From assembly GCF_009914755.1 (NCBI RefSeq), contig NC_060937.1: a stretch of DNA of 64,000 nt; one strand, 5' to 3'. Positions 41,111 through 55,774 of this stretch are shown here, piece after piece. Each line of letters opens with the position of its first letter. The first letter of the stretch is position 1. The notes beneath the pieces were generated by a model. That model did not search any database. It saw only the letters and a list, made by a program, of their open reading frames with translations, and was not told the DNA's origin. This DNA comes from the human T2T-CHM13v2.0 reference genome, Homo sapiens. The position numbers and the translations under genes were made by a program.

Positions 41111-41264
41111 CTTCTTTGCCTTTTTTAAAAAAAAATTTTAAATTGTTGTTGGTTTAAAGTCTGTTTTATCTGATATAAGAATGTTTACTCCAGCTTGCTT
41201 TTTTTCCCAGTTGCATGATACATCTTTTGTTACCCCTTTACTTTGAGTCTATAGGTGTCTTTAG

Positions 41265-41514
<250 letters not shown>

Positions 41515-44369
41515 GTGTCTTGTTTTTTTATCCAGTTTGCCGTTGTATCTGTTAGGTGGAGCATTTAGGCCATTTACCTTCAAGGTTAATATTGATATGT
41601 GAAAGTTTGTTCCTGTTATAGTGTTGTTAGCTAGTTGCCTTGGAGTCACAATTGAGTAATAGCTTTATAGGATCTGTGAGCTTTGTATTTACATGTGCAT
41701 TTATCATGGCAAACATCATCCTTTTGTTTCCACATTTAGAACTCTTTTGCGCTTTTCTTATAGGTCTAGTCTAGTGGTGATGAATTCCTTTAGTGTTTGC
41801 TTGTCTGTAAAAGACTTCGTTTCTCTTTCGTTTATGAAGCTTAGTTTGGTAGGATATAAAATTCTTGGTTATAGTTTTTTTGTTCGTTTGTTTTTGGAGT
41901 CTAAAAAGAGGCCCCAAACTCTTTTGGCATGTAAGGTTTCTGCTGAGAATTTCACTCTTAATCTGATGGGATTCCCTTTGTCAATGATTTGACACTTCTG
42001 TCTAACTGCTTTTAAGATTCGCTGATAGTCTGATGACTACATTCCTTGGTTATGTTCGTCTTGTATAGTATCTTCCAGGTGCCCTGTGAATTTCTAATAT
42101 CTGGATGTCTGCATATCTAGCAAGATCAGGGGATTTTTCCTGTTTTATTTCCTCAAATATGTTTTTTTAAAATTTCTTACTTTTTCTTTTCCTTCACAAT
42201 GCCTGTAAGTTGTAGGTTTGGTTGTTTTACATAATCCCATATTTTTCAAAGGCTTTGTTTGATTTTAAAAATTCTTTTAAGATTTTAAAACAAATTCTTT
42301 TTTTTTGTCTGACTGGGTAATTTAAAAGACCAGCCTTCAAGAAGTTTTTTTTTTTTTTTTTTTTAAAGACATCTGTCTCTTCCTTCATTTCCTAGATTGC
42401 TTTTCTGGTTATTTTTGTGTTGGTTTTCAACCTTCTCTTGGTTCTCATTGAGCTTCTTTACAATTCCCACTTTGAATTCTTTCTCTCATTTCTGAATTTT
42501 CATTTTGGTTGTAGTCCATTGCCAGAAAGCCAGTGCAGTCTTTTTGGTGGTGTCACAACATTCAGATTTTTCATGGTACCTGAATTCTTAATGCTGGTTT
42601 TTTCTCATCTAGAGAAACTGACACTTGTTGTTGTTTGAATTTACTTCATTTAAATGGCTTTTTTTTTTCTCTCCCCCAACCTGCCTTGTGCCTATAGAGT
42701 ATGCTCTAGGGTAGAGTCTTTTGCTTTGCTTTTATAGCCTTGTGTACTTTTGTTGGCAGGTTTTATATTTGTTGTGCAATTCAACCTACAGGCCTGTAGG
42801 TGGTACTTACTGGTATGAGCCAGCAGCAGCAAAAGCAGACAGATGTGTACCTGATCTTTGTTTATTGTGAGATTCACTGTGTTGTTTCAGGTGATGGGCT
42901 AGACAGTGGAAATTCCCCCATCCCCTGAGCTTCTGTTTAGCAGTGGGTCAGGGCGAGATAGCTGGATAGAGCTGGATCGTCTAGCTTGCCCACGAATACT
43001 CCAATGATAAGCATAGGCACTAGTCCTGATAGGGGTGGTTGAGGTCTCTGCTGCATGTTAGGGAGCTGCACTGGCTTCATGTCCTGGACAGGGAGGAATG
43101 TGATGTGTTCCCTGTCACACCCTTGTTCTGGGGCTCGTGACTCTCAGTGCAGATGCACAGTGTTGTCTGTCTCCAGGCCACAGTGTAGCCGAGAGTCACA
43201 GTAAATGCCTGTCATGCAGTTCTCCTGGGATTGGTTTAAGGACATGAGGGCAGAGTCTTGATGGATGAGTAGGAATTTCTCTGGTGGGCAAGTGTGGGAG
43301 ACCATTTTATGTAATAGCAAATGCAAAGGGATGAAGCATGAGAACACGGTCTATTCAGAGAAGTATAGCAAGTTTAGTTTTTTATAGGAGTATAAAGTAA
43401 GAGGTAGAGGAATGATGGATGATAAGGCTGGACCCACGGCATGAAACCTGACCCTGAAAGGTGTTGTTTGCTTTTATATCTGAAGGGATTTAGTTTTAAT
43501 CTAGCCAATGATGTGAAAACTCTGCAGAATTTTTAGTATAAGTGCATTTTGAAGGATTGCCCTGGCAGCAGCATAGGGGCTGGATTTGAAGGAAGGTAAG
43601 ATGAGAGCTGGGAACATCTCAGTGAGGAGGCACAATGCCTCTTATGGGGAAAGAAGGGTCTGCACCACCAGCTCTTAGACTGTGGCAAGTTCTGTTATGG
43701 AAATGTGACCAAAGCACACCAAAAGAATAATAATTAATTCTCTCTGGATGATTAGAGTGTACCATGGAAATTTTGTAGAGGAAGTGATATTATCATATAA
43801 TTAAATGGAAATTATGTTGGGTAAAATTGTAATGTAATAAAGATCTCAGTTTTATTCTGGAAAGAAGAAATGCTGGATACTCATTTTATCCTAGAAGGCA
43901 AGAGAAATTTAGTTTGAAGAGTAACTCACCCTCTGGGGTAAGAGTATGACATGGCTTGACATAGCAGTTCAAATAATTTTGCACATGTGTTCTTGGCTTC
44001 CCTTTAGATTTCAGGTTCATCCTGTGAGGTTGAAAATGATTGTAGCTAAAATGTTATGTTAAATGATAGGTTGAGTGAGTCAAGCATGAAAAGCCTAATA
44101 ACTGTGGAAAGCTTACCCTGGTTTACATGGGGAAAAGGATTGTTCACTGTGCTGAAAAGAAAACTGGTCTTTGGAAATGGATCTTGTTTCGGTAGTTGTT
44201 GTGAGTCCTTGGGCAGAATGGTTAACTACCTTGAGCCTCAGTTATAAAACTATGAAAGACGTTTACTTCCTGGGGTTGTTTTGATGATTTAGTGAAATAA
44301 AGATACAGAAATTTCCAGCACATAGTAGATTGTTAAGTCTGTTTGTATTACATTTCTCCTCATAAAGTT

Positions 44370-44815
44370 TCTTTTTTCTTTTCTTTTTCTTTTTTAAACA
44401 TTTTTGTTTGAGACAGGATCATGCTCTGTTGCCCAGACTGGAGTGCAGTGGCATGATTGTAGCACCTGGCCTCAAGTGATTCTCCTGCTTCAGCCTCCTG
44501 AGTAGTTGGGACTACAGGTGTGTGTCACCACACCAGGCTCATTTTTAAAATTTTTTGTAGAGATGGTGTTTTTCTTGTCCAGACTGGTCTTGAACTCCTG
44601 GCCTGAAGTGATCTTCCTGTGTTGGCCTCCCAAAGTGCTGGGATAATAGATGTGAGCCATTGCAACTGGCCTACTTTTATTGTTTATATAAGATATGGGG
44701 TCTCACTGTATTGTCCAGGCCAGTCTCGAACTCCTGGGCTCAAGCAATCCTCCCACTTCAGCAACCTGAATAGCTGGGATTACAGGTCTGCATCACTGAG
44801 CTCACCTACCAGGCA
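44370..44815 (-). mobile_element. AluJ plus adjacent monomer (FLAM-like, ~44680-44815)
   Basis: Alu consensus. Confidence 0.88.
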
Positions 44816-45759
44816 CCTTTACTTATGAAAATTTTCTTTATATATAAATTATTTTCATAAAAGAGGTTTTCAGAACTGTTTTTAATGTCTGTAGTTTCTC
44901 GAACTAACCAGCTTCAAGTAATATGCCAAAAAATATGTTTTGGGATGGCATATTCTGGTCTCCTGCAGTCATTTTTTGGGAGGGTATGTTCTGAGCCCCA
45001 AAATCTCTCTTCCTTTCTTTCCATTCCTTATACCAAGAGGTCCAACAGGCAACCAAGGTATTCAGTTACTTTTGTGCCAACCTAATAAGACACTATGGAG
45101 AAACTACAGAGTAGCTGAGAAAGCTACTGTGTTTAGAAGGAGAAAGAGCAAGGTAAAGTGAATTCCAATCAGCTTTTTGCTGTATTAGATGAAATAAGGA
45201 GTTCAGTGCTTTTGGTGACTAAAATGGCAGGTAGTTGCTCAGTAAGTTGCTTTGGGTATCCTGGACTCCTGCTTTTTCTGTACTTGACCTCCATATCTAG
45301 CCTGTTGATATAAGTCATGTGTGTCTTTTTTCTCTCTTATTTTTTCTGTGTTCACTGCTGCTACTCCATGGTCATGTCATCATCATGTTGCCTGGATTAT
45401 CATGTAGATACTGAATTGGTTTCCTTCTTCCTCTCTGGATGTTTATTAGAGTCACCTAGCACTTAAAGTGTTCCGCTCCAGAATAATTATGTCATGATGG
45501 CAAGGAGAGCTAGCTGAAATACTAGACATTTTTTTTAAAGCCTCATTAATCATGTGACATCTAGGCATTTAAATGTCATGTCCTTTGTTTTTGGATGGTC
45601 AGTTTCCCTATTCCAGCCTTTTCGACAAAGGTAGCATCCTTCCTACTTTTCCTTCAGGTTTCAGGTGAGCCTTCAGGGGAATCCCCCGAGGGCTGTCCAG
45701 TGGAACTTTCCGCGATGATGGGAGATATTTGGTATCATTTGCATTGTCCCATGCAGTGG

Positions 45760-46262
45760 TGTTGGAGCTTAGGTCACGCTACCCCAAAATATGACTTCAG
45801 GAGCCCACAATATGCTACTGCAAAATATGTCTCTTTGTCATATTGGTTATTTAGAGTTGGTTATTTTGAGAAACTGTAGACACAAGAATAGCTCTGAAAA
45901 GTTGCCCTTTTGTCAGAGAAATTTACATCTATGAGGGAAATCTTTTTCCCTGCTCTGCAGTAGGAGGAGAGGGGCCGCTAAATGGAAAAGGCATTGACTT
46001 AAAAACTGCACAACAAATCTTACTCTTGTTTTCAGTTTTTTCCTGGCCATCCCCCTGTAACAGATTTCCCCATCACCCTCCACTTCCTTTATTTTAGCAA
46101 ATGATGGTATTCCGCTGAAGTTTAAACTCTCATTGAAATCTACTCTGGAGATTTACTCGGTTCTCTTGAATTTTCTCGCATGTATGTTTGAGGTATACAT
46201 ATGAAACAACTCTTGTTAATCTGTCTTTTGTTACAGGGAGTCCCAGTTTATGAAGATAAAAA
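45760..46262 (+). mobile_element. ERV1 LTR (MER34/MER39-like) inside a MER3/MER33-type DNA transposon remnant
   Basis: tgttggag...taccccaaaatatg start; cttgttaatctgtcttttgttacagg near the end; hAT-like flanks at ~45695 and ~46265-46360. Confidence 0.6.
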
Positions 46263-46989
46263 ATTATTTTTTCTCTCCTATACCAGCCACTAGTTATTGA
46301 GCACTTAAACTGTTACTAGTGTGACTGTGAAACAAGTTTAAATTTTATTTAATTTTAACTGTGTTAGGTGCTTTAACTTGTGCCCTCACAGTACCCTGTG
46401 TACATTCCCCCATTATAACACTATAGTGTATGTATTCCCAACATTTTATTATTAAACATATCGCAAAGTTGAAAGAATTTTACAGTGTTCATCCCTATAC
46501 CCATCATCTAGATTCTACCACTAATATTTTAATACATTTGTTTTAACACATATGCATCTGGACATTTCTGTATCCAACCATTAATCCTTTAAAAAAATAC
46601 ATTTCAAGATAACACCAGTATACATGGCCCTAAATACTTTAACAGGCATATAACCAACTTTTGTTTGCATGTAAAATTAATGTATAATGAAACGTCCATA
46701 TTTTAAGTGTGTATTTGCTGAGTTTTGATAATCACATATAACTGTGTAACCCACACCTCTAAGCATGATGAGAACATTACCAGCAGTTCCCTCCTGCCTC
46801 TTCCCAGTCTGTCTTTTCTCTTACCCTCCCAAGCAACCATTATTTTGATTTTCTTCTGTAATGTCCTTCAGCACCCCAAAGAGCTTAGCATCATGCTCAC
46901 CATAAAGGAGAAATGCGTTGGCTACTTAGTTTCCGTACGTGCCTTTGTGCACATATTTGAATACCAGTACAACAAAGCAACTTTATTTT

Positions 46990-47343
46990 TGCTATGGTCT
47001 GAATATTTGTGTTCCCCTCATGCCCCCAATTCATATGTTGAAACCTAATCTGATGTGACAGTATTAAGAGGCAGGGCCTTAAGGAGAAGGTGATTAGATG
47101 ATGCCCTCATGACTGGGATTAGTGGCCATATGAAAGAGGCCTGAAGGAGCTTGTTTTCCCCTTTCACCACATAGGGACTCAACAAGAAAGTGCAGTCTAT
47201 TAGGCCCTCATCAGACACTGAATCTGCTGACACCTTGATCTTGGACTTGCTAGCCTCTAGAACTATGAGAAATAAATGTTGTTTATAAGCCATCCAGTTT
47301 ATGGTATTTTTGTTATAGCAGCCTGAATAGAAGAACTGAGACA
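46990..47343 (+). mobile_element. MLT1A-type LTR
   Basis: tgctatggtctgaat...agcagcctgaatagaagaactgagaca. Confidence 0.85.
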
Positions 47344-47578
47344 ATTTTCTAAGAAGATACAGCTATCCTTGCAGGGAAGAAATTCTTACCCATACCCTAA
47401 TGGAGAAGACTCCTGGTTCCATCAGTCACGTATCCATCACTGGCTACATAAATTACTACTCTTACTCCATCACCATCCCACTCAATATTCAGTTATATAA
47501 AGACTAAATTGTAAAGTTAACTTCAGTAATTTGTGTATAAAATAAAATTGGGAATTAGGGAGAAAAATATGGTTAGTA

Positions 47579-48221
47579 CAGTCAATTCTTGTTATTCATG
47601 GTGGTTATGTTCTGTAAAGTCATCGTGAACACTGCATTAGCAAATATTGAACCATTTCTCTTAGGGGAAATACAGGGTTAAGTTTCTGCAAGCCTCAAAT
47701 CACAACTTATGTCAACAGATCAAGACATAACCTTGTTTTCTGTGTGTTTCTGTTTAAAGACACCTTACTATGTATGGTTGATCTATTAACATTGAACTTA
47801 CAGCTAATGGCAGTGTCTTTCATATTTGAAGAAAGCTTAACTAAAACACGATTTTTTCAGTAAGGTACAGCCCAGCTTTCATGAGCATAGGAACACCTGA
47901 CAGTACTTCAGTACTATGCTTGGGAGTCACTCAAAGTGGTGAAATCAGTGACAGGAAGCATACACAAAAAAGTGGCACCAAATGCACAGTGGAAAGGACA
48001 ATTGTTTATACTATGAAAGCTGACACAGGAAGATGGAGTGTTACCTTGTTCAGCCTCAGCTGGAACATATGCTTGGAGTGATTTCAGTATTTTGCTACCC
48101 TGAACATGCATGTGTTCTTGAATGACTGAAAATGCTGTGAATATGAGTTTGGGGATTACGAATGAATTTTAGTGCATAGGCAAATTCACAAATACAGAAT
48201 CTAAATTATGAAGATTGACTG
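47579..48221. mobile_element. Tigger-family DNA transposon (MER82-like)
   Basis: TIRs cagtcaattctt / aagattgactg flanked by TA duplications; ~640 bp. Confidence 0.8.
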
Positions 48222-49408
48222 TATATACAAATAAACATGTATATAATCAAAGAGAAAATATGCAAAGCTACTGCATAGCTTGTGTCTGTAACTGGTCTGA
48301 GGTGGTAGCTGAAATATGTGGCTTCCTTCATCTACTCCCTGTTCTATAGCTCTCTTGCCTTCTGCCAGAATTTCAGTTACTCTGGCTTTTTTTTTTTTTA
48401 ACCTGATTGAGTGACTCATAAACTTTCCTTCTTGAAGGGACTGTGTCTTATTTGCTCTGTTTTTTGGTTGCTGTAACGTTTCATTAACCTTGTATTGAGC
48501 ATGGAAGTAGTATGACATGCCCTAGGCAATCTTCTGGGTTCCACTTACCCTACTTTGCCTCCATTGCAAAATAGCACACTTGTTTGCCCTTGGTAATTCG
48601 GATTCATTTTTCCAACTAGTAGATTAACCAATGTTTTTGGCTTGTTGGTTTCAGTGACATAAGAAGTACAAAATGGCCATATGGGAGTCTCATCTTCCAA
48701 TTAATCGGAAACATTGTTGTGTCCCCTTTGGAAGCATTTCTCCTTTAAGGACTAAGATCTCCAAACCATCAGAGCTCAAAGTTGCCAGGACTAGAAACAG
48801 AAATTTTGCAAGTGGCTTATGTGGGTATAATAATGAGAGGAGCCATGCCTGCTTCTACTTTTTGATTCCTGGACTGACATATTCTGGCTGTGGGCAAGAT
48901 AGCATCATATAATGGTCTGTGATTGAAATAATAAACTGCAGCTTGTAAAACAGAGCCCCATCCTTTCAGGTTTTTGTCTCCTAACTAGTGCTGCTGCTGA
49001 AGTCTTCAGTAAGCCATTCTATGTGATGGAGTAATGGTAAAACCAGTTAATCTTAGTGTCATGAGCACATTGTCCACCTCTTTTGCTATGAAGTGAATTC
49101 CTTAAGGAGATACAGTGCTGTATAGAATGCTGTAATGATAGGTAATACATTCTGTGAGTCTATGAATGGTGGAGTTGGCAGAAGCATTGCAGGCAAATTC
49201 ATATCTGGAATATGAGAAACGGATCCATTATGGAAGAGAACCAAATAAAATCAATCTGCCACTAGGTGGCCAGCTGTCTCTTTCCCACCCATGGTGCCAT
49301 ACTGGGAATTCAGTGTTGGTCTCCAGCATTGGCAGATCAGATGCTCTGCAGTAGCTTTAGCCAGATCAGTTTTTTCAGTTTTAGAAAGGACTAATCTGTG
49401 TGTGTGTG

Positions 49409-49709
49409 TTTTTTTTTTTTTTTTTTGAGACAGAGTCTCGCAGTGTCGCCCAGGCTGGAGTGCAGTGGCATGATCTCAGCTCACCGCAACCTCCACCTCG
49501 TGGGTTCAAGTGATTCTCATGCCTCAGCCTCCCCAGTAGCTGGGATTACAGGCATGCACCACCACATCCAGCTAATCTCTGTATTTTTAGTAGAGATGGG
49601 GTTTTGCCACGTTGGCCAGGCTAGTCTTGAATTCCTGACCTCAGGTGATCTGTCCGCCTAGGCCTCCCAAAGTGCTGGGATTACAGGCATGAGCCACCGC
49701 ACCTGGCCT
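49409..49709 (-). mobile_element. AluS
   Basis: Alu consensus; TSD taatctgtgt. Confidence 0.93.
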
Positions 49710-50074
49710 AATCTGTGTTTTTGAACCCATTCATAATCTCCATCCCTGCCACCATGGCCACTTTGTTCATGGGTCCATTGCACAAGCTTAGATATGATGG
49801 AGAAGGAGGTTGAGTGCCACCCATAGAGTATGTCATTTTATCTACCTGATTATTAAGAGCCTCTGCATTGATGTGCCCACCTAGTCTCTCATGGTTCAGT
49901 GCTGCTGCTTAAGTTTCTGTGCAACTCTAAAATCCCATCATCCGCACTGAATTCAACTTATCTCAATATTGACTTCCTCCTGTAGTCATACCTGTCCTAC
50001 AAAGGGGAGTGACAAGAATTTTGAAAACCTTGTTAGGTGGTCCCTCACTAATACATTTCTCCCTCTCTCTCTCT

Positions 50075-50395
50075 CTCTTTTTTTTTTTTTTAATTTTGTT
50101 TCAGAGACAAGGTTTGCTCTGTCTCCTAGACTGGAGTATAGTGGCACGATCATAGCTCACTGCAGACTTGAACTCCTGGGCTCAAAGGATCCTTCCTCCT
50201 GCCTCAGCCCCCCAAGTATTAAATAGCTGGGATTCCAGGTGTGTGCCACCATGCCTGGCTAATTATTTTATATTTTTTAGAGATGAGGTCTCATTATGTT
50301 GCCCGGGCTGCTCTTGAACTCCTGGCCTCAAGCAGTTCTCCTGCCTTGGCCTCACAAAGTGTTGGGATTACAGACTTGAGCTACTGTGCCTGGCC
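50075..50395 (-). mobile_element. AluJ
   Basis: Alu consensus; TSD core actaata. Confidence 0.9.
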
Positions 50396-50702
50396 ACTAA
50401 TAGGTTTCTAAATGTCTTAGTAAAAGGAGTGTTTTCTAGGCCCTCTCATGGACATAAGTGGCAATTTGGTGTGTAGGTAACACATGATAAATCCAGTCCA
50501 ACCTTCCTATCTCTCTAAACCTTTGGATCCCTCTCTCTTATTATGCTAGGGAAACTTTGGAACCTCAGCCTTATTAAATGTTAAATTAATATAATTAATG
50601 CTTAATTAAATTAAACTTCAAGTTTCAGTCAGCCAATCAAGTAAGCTGTTAAAGCCACTTCCAGTTTTGTGAGTTAACACATTAAATGTGGGATCTCTAG
50701 TA

Positions 50703-50900
50703 CAGAAGTAGTCAAACCTTTTCTGTAAAGGGTCAGATAGTAAATATTTTAGGTTTTAGAGGCCATATGGGTTTTGTCACAACAACTCTGTTCTGCTGCT
50801 ATAGTGTGAAAGCAGCCATAGACAATATGGCCCATCCATTAATGGGCATGGCCCCATTCTAGTAAAACTTTAGTTACAAAAAACGGTTTGTTGACCTCTG
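50703..50900. mobile_element. MER58A
   Basis: ttttctgtaaagggtcagatagtaaatattttagg...aaagcagccatagacaata. Confidence 0.85.
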
Positions 50901-51533
50901 CTTTATAAGTATATACATATAAATGAATTAGAGCCAATGTAGTGTTATATTTCACCCTCCTGGTCTAGCACCTTTAGAATCCATTGCCATACATGTTCTG
51001 TGGGATTGTGCTAGTTTATCAGCAGATCTTTTAGTGTGTTCAGCTACTTCCTTTGGGTCATAGTATATACCTGTTCTTCTGGAGCCTGTCAAAATTTGAC
51101 ATGGGTTAGTGACAATGGCAGTGGTTAGGGTGTGTCTTGAGGAGGACTGAACATCCTCTTTTAAGGCATCCACCATGGGTAAAGCTGTCCTCAGGTTTTT
51201 AAGCAGTGGAAGAGTCATCTCCTCAGACAAGGGGGGAAAACTACTTCTGGTAAGGGAGACTCAGACGGACTTGGGGGTTCAAGTTGGTCAGTTTCATTTG
51301 GGTCCAAATAAATATTCCCATTCCAAATTTAAGGATTCCATTCTTTACTAATCTGTCCCCTTTCACAGGAGAAACTTGGTGAGACCATGAATTCAGCTAT
51401 TGTTTTAATTCAGCAACCCTCATAATTAAATTAAATTTTATATTTGATTTTCAGCTAAATCAGCTCTAAGACCATGACTTGATCTGAAAGTTGGATCTGA
51501 GCTGGTTATTTTCTCCCTGTAGGTGCCCCAGTG

Positions 51534-51880
51534 CAGCAGTCCCCAACCTTTTTGGCACCAGGGATTGGTTTTGTGGAAGACAGTTTTTCCATGGACTGGG
51601 TTGGGTAGGGGGAGGATAGTTTCGGGATGAATCTGTTCCACTTCAGATCATCAGGCTTTAGTTAGATTCTCATAAGGAATGCACAACCTAGACCCCTTGC
51701 ATGCGCAATTGATGATAGGGTTTGTGCTCCTGTGAGAATCTAATGCCTCCACTGATCTGACAGGAAGCAGAGCTCAGGTGGTAATGCTCTCTGGCTTGCC
51801 GATCACTTCCTGCTGTGTGGCCCAGTTCCTAACAGGCCATGGACTGGTACTGGTCCGTGGCTGGGGGCTTGGGGACCCTG
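51534..51880 (+). mobile_element. MER1B, complete
   Basis: TIRs cagcagtcccca / tggggaccctg; TSD ccccagtg/ctctagtg. Confidence 0.88.
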
Positions 51881-52889
51881 CTCTAGTGCTCTCAAAAGAA
51901 CCCACCCCACATCAAAGTCCTTATTTTCATAATTTCTGCCATTATGGTCAGTTGCAGCAGCCACTTGGGCTTCTAAGACATGTCCCTCAGTACTTCATTA
52001 CAGTCAACCAAAGTGATAGCTTAGTTAATTGTGACTCCAATACCTACTGTGGATTACTAGCATTTCATCTCCCATTGGCGAGGAACTTAGCACTGCACTG
52101 AAGCCCAAGGCCATGACCAAACCAGTCCTCGAATTGCATCTCTGTGGGCCTGTCTCCTAGGACTGCTCCCAATACCAATTGTGTGTCACTCATGGTCCGT
52201 TGAGGAGAGACCGAAATCATGTAGTTACTTAGAAAGGGGAAGTTTAATCTAAGAACTGTTAAGTTGTGATAGGAGAGTAACTAAAGATGTAAAGAGAACT
52301 CTAACGGATATTCTAGGACTAAGAGCCTCAAGGAAGGACCAACTTGCAAGAGGGGTCCCCTCTACCAGGCTGGGGTTTAGAGCTTATTGGAGAAGGTATA
52401 GCTGTAGCCCAGGTTTGCTGGTGGAGAAGATTGCTGTGTGGCTGGTCCATAGTAATTGGGCAAGCAGGAAACAATCCTTTCATGTATAGGTGAGCGAAGG
52501 CTGGTTAGCCTGTCTACGAAGGGAGTCCAGGTGCTTCTGTGGGTGTGAAATCTGGAGTGTGTGGGCTGAGGTTGCCAGATCACTGAGGAACTGGACCCCT
52601 GGGCATAAGCTGTGGCTAAGTACCCCTGGATGTCCTCCTCATCCATACCATGCAGCAGGAAGTCCACCCCATGACAGACCATGCAGCAGGAGCCAGAAGA
52701 CAGTAAAATGCACCAAGCAGAACTAGGAAGTGTCCTTTCTGCAGTGTTGCTTCAGTGCCCTGTACTGACAAAGCATAACATTGTACTCACTGTAAAGAGG
52801 AAATGCCTGCAAACTCCAGGCCTTTATTGCAGTGCAGGTACCGAAGGATGAATTCAGAGCGGAGAGGCAACATATTGATAATTGGCCTA

Positions 52890-53425
52890 GTCCATCAGAT
52901 CATGTTATTGATTCCACAGTAGTTCCCTGTTTTAAGACAAGTAAATATTCAAAGCTGTAGACAGGTCCTCTACTTCTTTGACCTCATACTACTATCTTCC
53001 TCTTGGCTCTGCTGCAGCCATCCAGGCCTTTCTCCTGTTTCTGGAACATATCTGCATGCTCCCGACTTAGGACCCTTGCTGGTCCCTCTTCCTGGAAGCT
53101 ATTTTCCTAGCTGTCTGCATGGTGAGTTCCTCATTTTTTTCAAGTCTTGCTCAGATGTCAGTTTCTCAAGAAGGCCTGCCCTTTACGCGCTTATTTGCTA
53201 CTCTAAGTCCCCTGAACTCCTTACCTCTTCACATGGCTTGACTTTTTCCACAGTACTTTTCACCCAACATACTATATAATTTACTTATTTATCATGTCTG
53301 TCTCCTCCCACGATAACATCAGGCGCCAGGACGGTATGAGGGGCAGGAGTTTTTTAATGTTGCTCACTTATTGCAGATACCTAAAATAGTGCCTAGTGCA
53401 TTATAGGTGCTTAATAAATACTTAA
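52890..53425. mobile_element. L2 3' end
   Basis: atagtgcctagtgcattataggtgcttaataaatac terminus. Confidence 0.75.
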
Positions 53426-53783
53426 ATATTGTAACAGTCTCTATGATGTTCATTAAAGGTGAGATTCTACCTTCAAACAATTTTCATTTTATTATTCAAA
53501 ATATTTTTACTACTTCTGCATTACACAACTTCCCTTTATTTTCTGGACTGGTTACATTCTTTTGACTGATTAGGTCAAGATGGGTACATTTTTTGTCTTG
53601 TGCTCCATATAATGAAATAGGGTTTGTATTTTATGTTACGTTCTTTACATCATTTTTCAGCTTCTGTGACTTTTCTCATCTGAGTAGATGACTGAGACAG
53701 ATAACTATTTTTAATATTATATTTTTTAGAATTAAATCTTAGTTCGTGGAAAGTTAACTGATTGTTTTTAATTTTATTTTTAG

Positions 53784-53894
53784 GTGCTGAATGTGGAGTA
53801 AATGCAGATGTTGAGAAACATCTTGAATTGGGCAAGAAATTACTTGCAGCTGGACAGCTAGCTGATGCTTTATCTCAGTTTCATGCTGCCGTAG
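53784..53894 (+). CDS. DNAJC3: DNAJC3 coding exon 2 (end of signal peptide, start of first TPR)
   Basis: T-rich acceptor tttttag|GT; 111 nt encoding (G)AECGVNADVEKHLELGKKLLAAGQLADALSQFHAAV(D), in frame with exon 1; donor TAG|GTTTGT. Confidence 0.97.
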
Positions 53895-54110
53895 GTTTGT
53901 ATCATGGAACCAAATCACTCAGTGTCTGTCTTAGTGAATTCTAGTAATAGCTCTTTTTTTAAAAATAACATTTAAAATAAACATTATTTCATGTTTAAAT
54001 AAAACATTTAAATATATTTGTGGGATTCTGAGCGAAATAGATGGATAAAATAAATATATAACACTTAAATGTATGTGCATCTAACATGAGAGAAGTTTGA
54101 AGGTTAGTGA

Positions 54111-54497
<387 letters not shown>

Positions 54498-54781
54498 GCT
54501 TCTGACTTTTTGAACAGATTTTACTGAATGCAGTTTAATTTTCTTGATGACTTGGGTTTTCAATATGTTTACTTGATATCCTTGGGAGATGCTGCAGTTC
54601 ATTGCCTCTTCAGTATTGGTCAGACCCCAGCTGCTCTTCATTTATACTGTTGCTTCTTATTTCTTACTCATGTCTGTCTGTAGAATCAACTGTCGTGCAG
54701 CTGCTCATCTGTTAGGACTGTAAGAAGTGAGATGACCAGAATAAATAGGTTCTTAGTGAAGGCTTAATGGATTTTCTCTCC

Positions 54782-55087
54782 TTTTCTTTTCTTTTTTTTT
54801 TTTTTTGCTTTTTTGAGACAGAGCCTTGCTCTGTCACCCAGGCTGGAGTGCATTGGTGTGATTATGGTGATTATGGCTTACTGCAGCCTCAGCCTCCTGA
54901 ATAGCTGGGATTATAGGTGTGTGCCACTATATCCAACTACTTTTTACAACTTTTATTTTTTATATTTTTGTAGAGATGGGGTCTCACTATGTTGTCCAGG
55001 CTGGTCTGAAACTCGTGGGCTCAAGCAGTCCTCCTGCCTTGGCCTCCTAGAGTGTTGAGATTGTATGCATGAGCCACCACATCTGGC
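54782..55087 (-). mobile_element. AluJ with internal deletion
   Basis: Alu consensus; TSD core atggattt. Confidence 0.88.
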
Positions 55088-55219
55088 ATGGATTTCCTTA
55101 TGAGTCACTGCTAAACTTTTGTACTGGGACTTTTTGAACTTTCCTCAGAGTTCTTTACTTATATATTTTTACCTTGATTTGAATGGTTGAGAGTGTGTAG
55201 TTAACAACCGAGGGTGGTG

Positions 55220-55224
55220 TTTTG

Positions 55225-55255
<31 letters not shown>

Positions 55256-55548
55256 TGTTTTTGAGACAGGATCTTGCTCTGTCATCCAGGCTGGAGTGCA
55301 GTCACGTGATCTTGGCTCACTGCAACCTCTGCCTCCTGGGCTCAGGTGATCCTCCCACCTCAGCCTCCTGAGTAGCTAGGACTACAGCTGCATGCCATCA
55401 TGCCCAGCTAATTTTTGTATTTTTTTTTAATAGAAACTGGGTTTCACCATTTTGCCCAGCCTGTCTCAAACTCTTGTTCTCAAGCCATCTGCCTGCCTCA
55501 GCCTCCCAAAGTGCTGGGATTATAGGTGTGAGCTACCGTGCCCAGCTG
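55220..55548 (-). mobile_element. AluJ/S with (GTTTT)n tail
   Basis: Alu consensus. Confidence 0.9.
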
Positions 55549-55774
55549 GTGTGTTTTTTAATAAGATACAGCTGTGCTCCCAGAAAAACTATCATCCTAT
55601 TGTTGTAATTTACTATATAAACTCAATGTAGTTAGGTTTTGGTTTGTCATACTTTTCTTTATGCTTTTTCTTAAACTCAGATTTTTATTATTCAGATTTT
55701 TATTAAACTCAGATTTTTATTAGCTCTCTGAACTCATAGGAAACATATTTTTTTGATGAAAAAACTCTATTCAA

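Larger units (their letters stand above)
48230..52880 (-). mobile_element. Decayed ERVL-class provirus (internal fragments plus probable 5' LTR ~52180-52880)
   Basis: PBS-like ataccaatt next to the LTR edge at ~52175; gag/pol-like remnants; interrupted by Alus, MER58 and MER1. Confidence 0.55.

Noticed and set aside
50570-50616. AT-rich quasi-palindromic stretch
   Set aside because: Low complexity; no extended perfect symmetry
55671-55722. Short repeated tcagatttttatta units
   Set aside because: Ordinary slippage repeat with no sign of function
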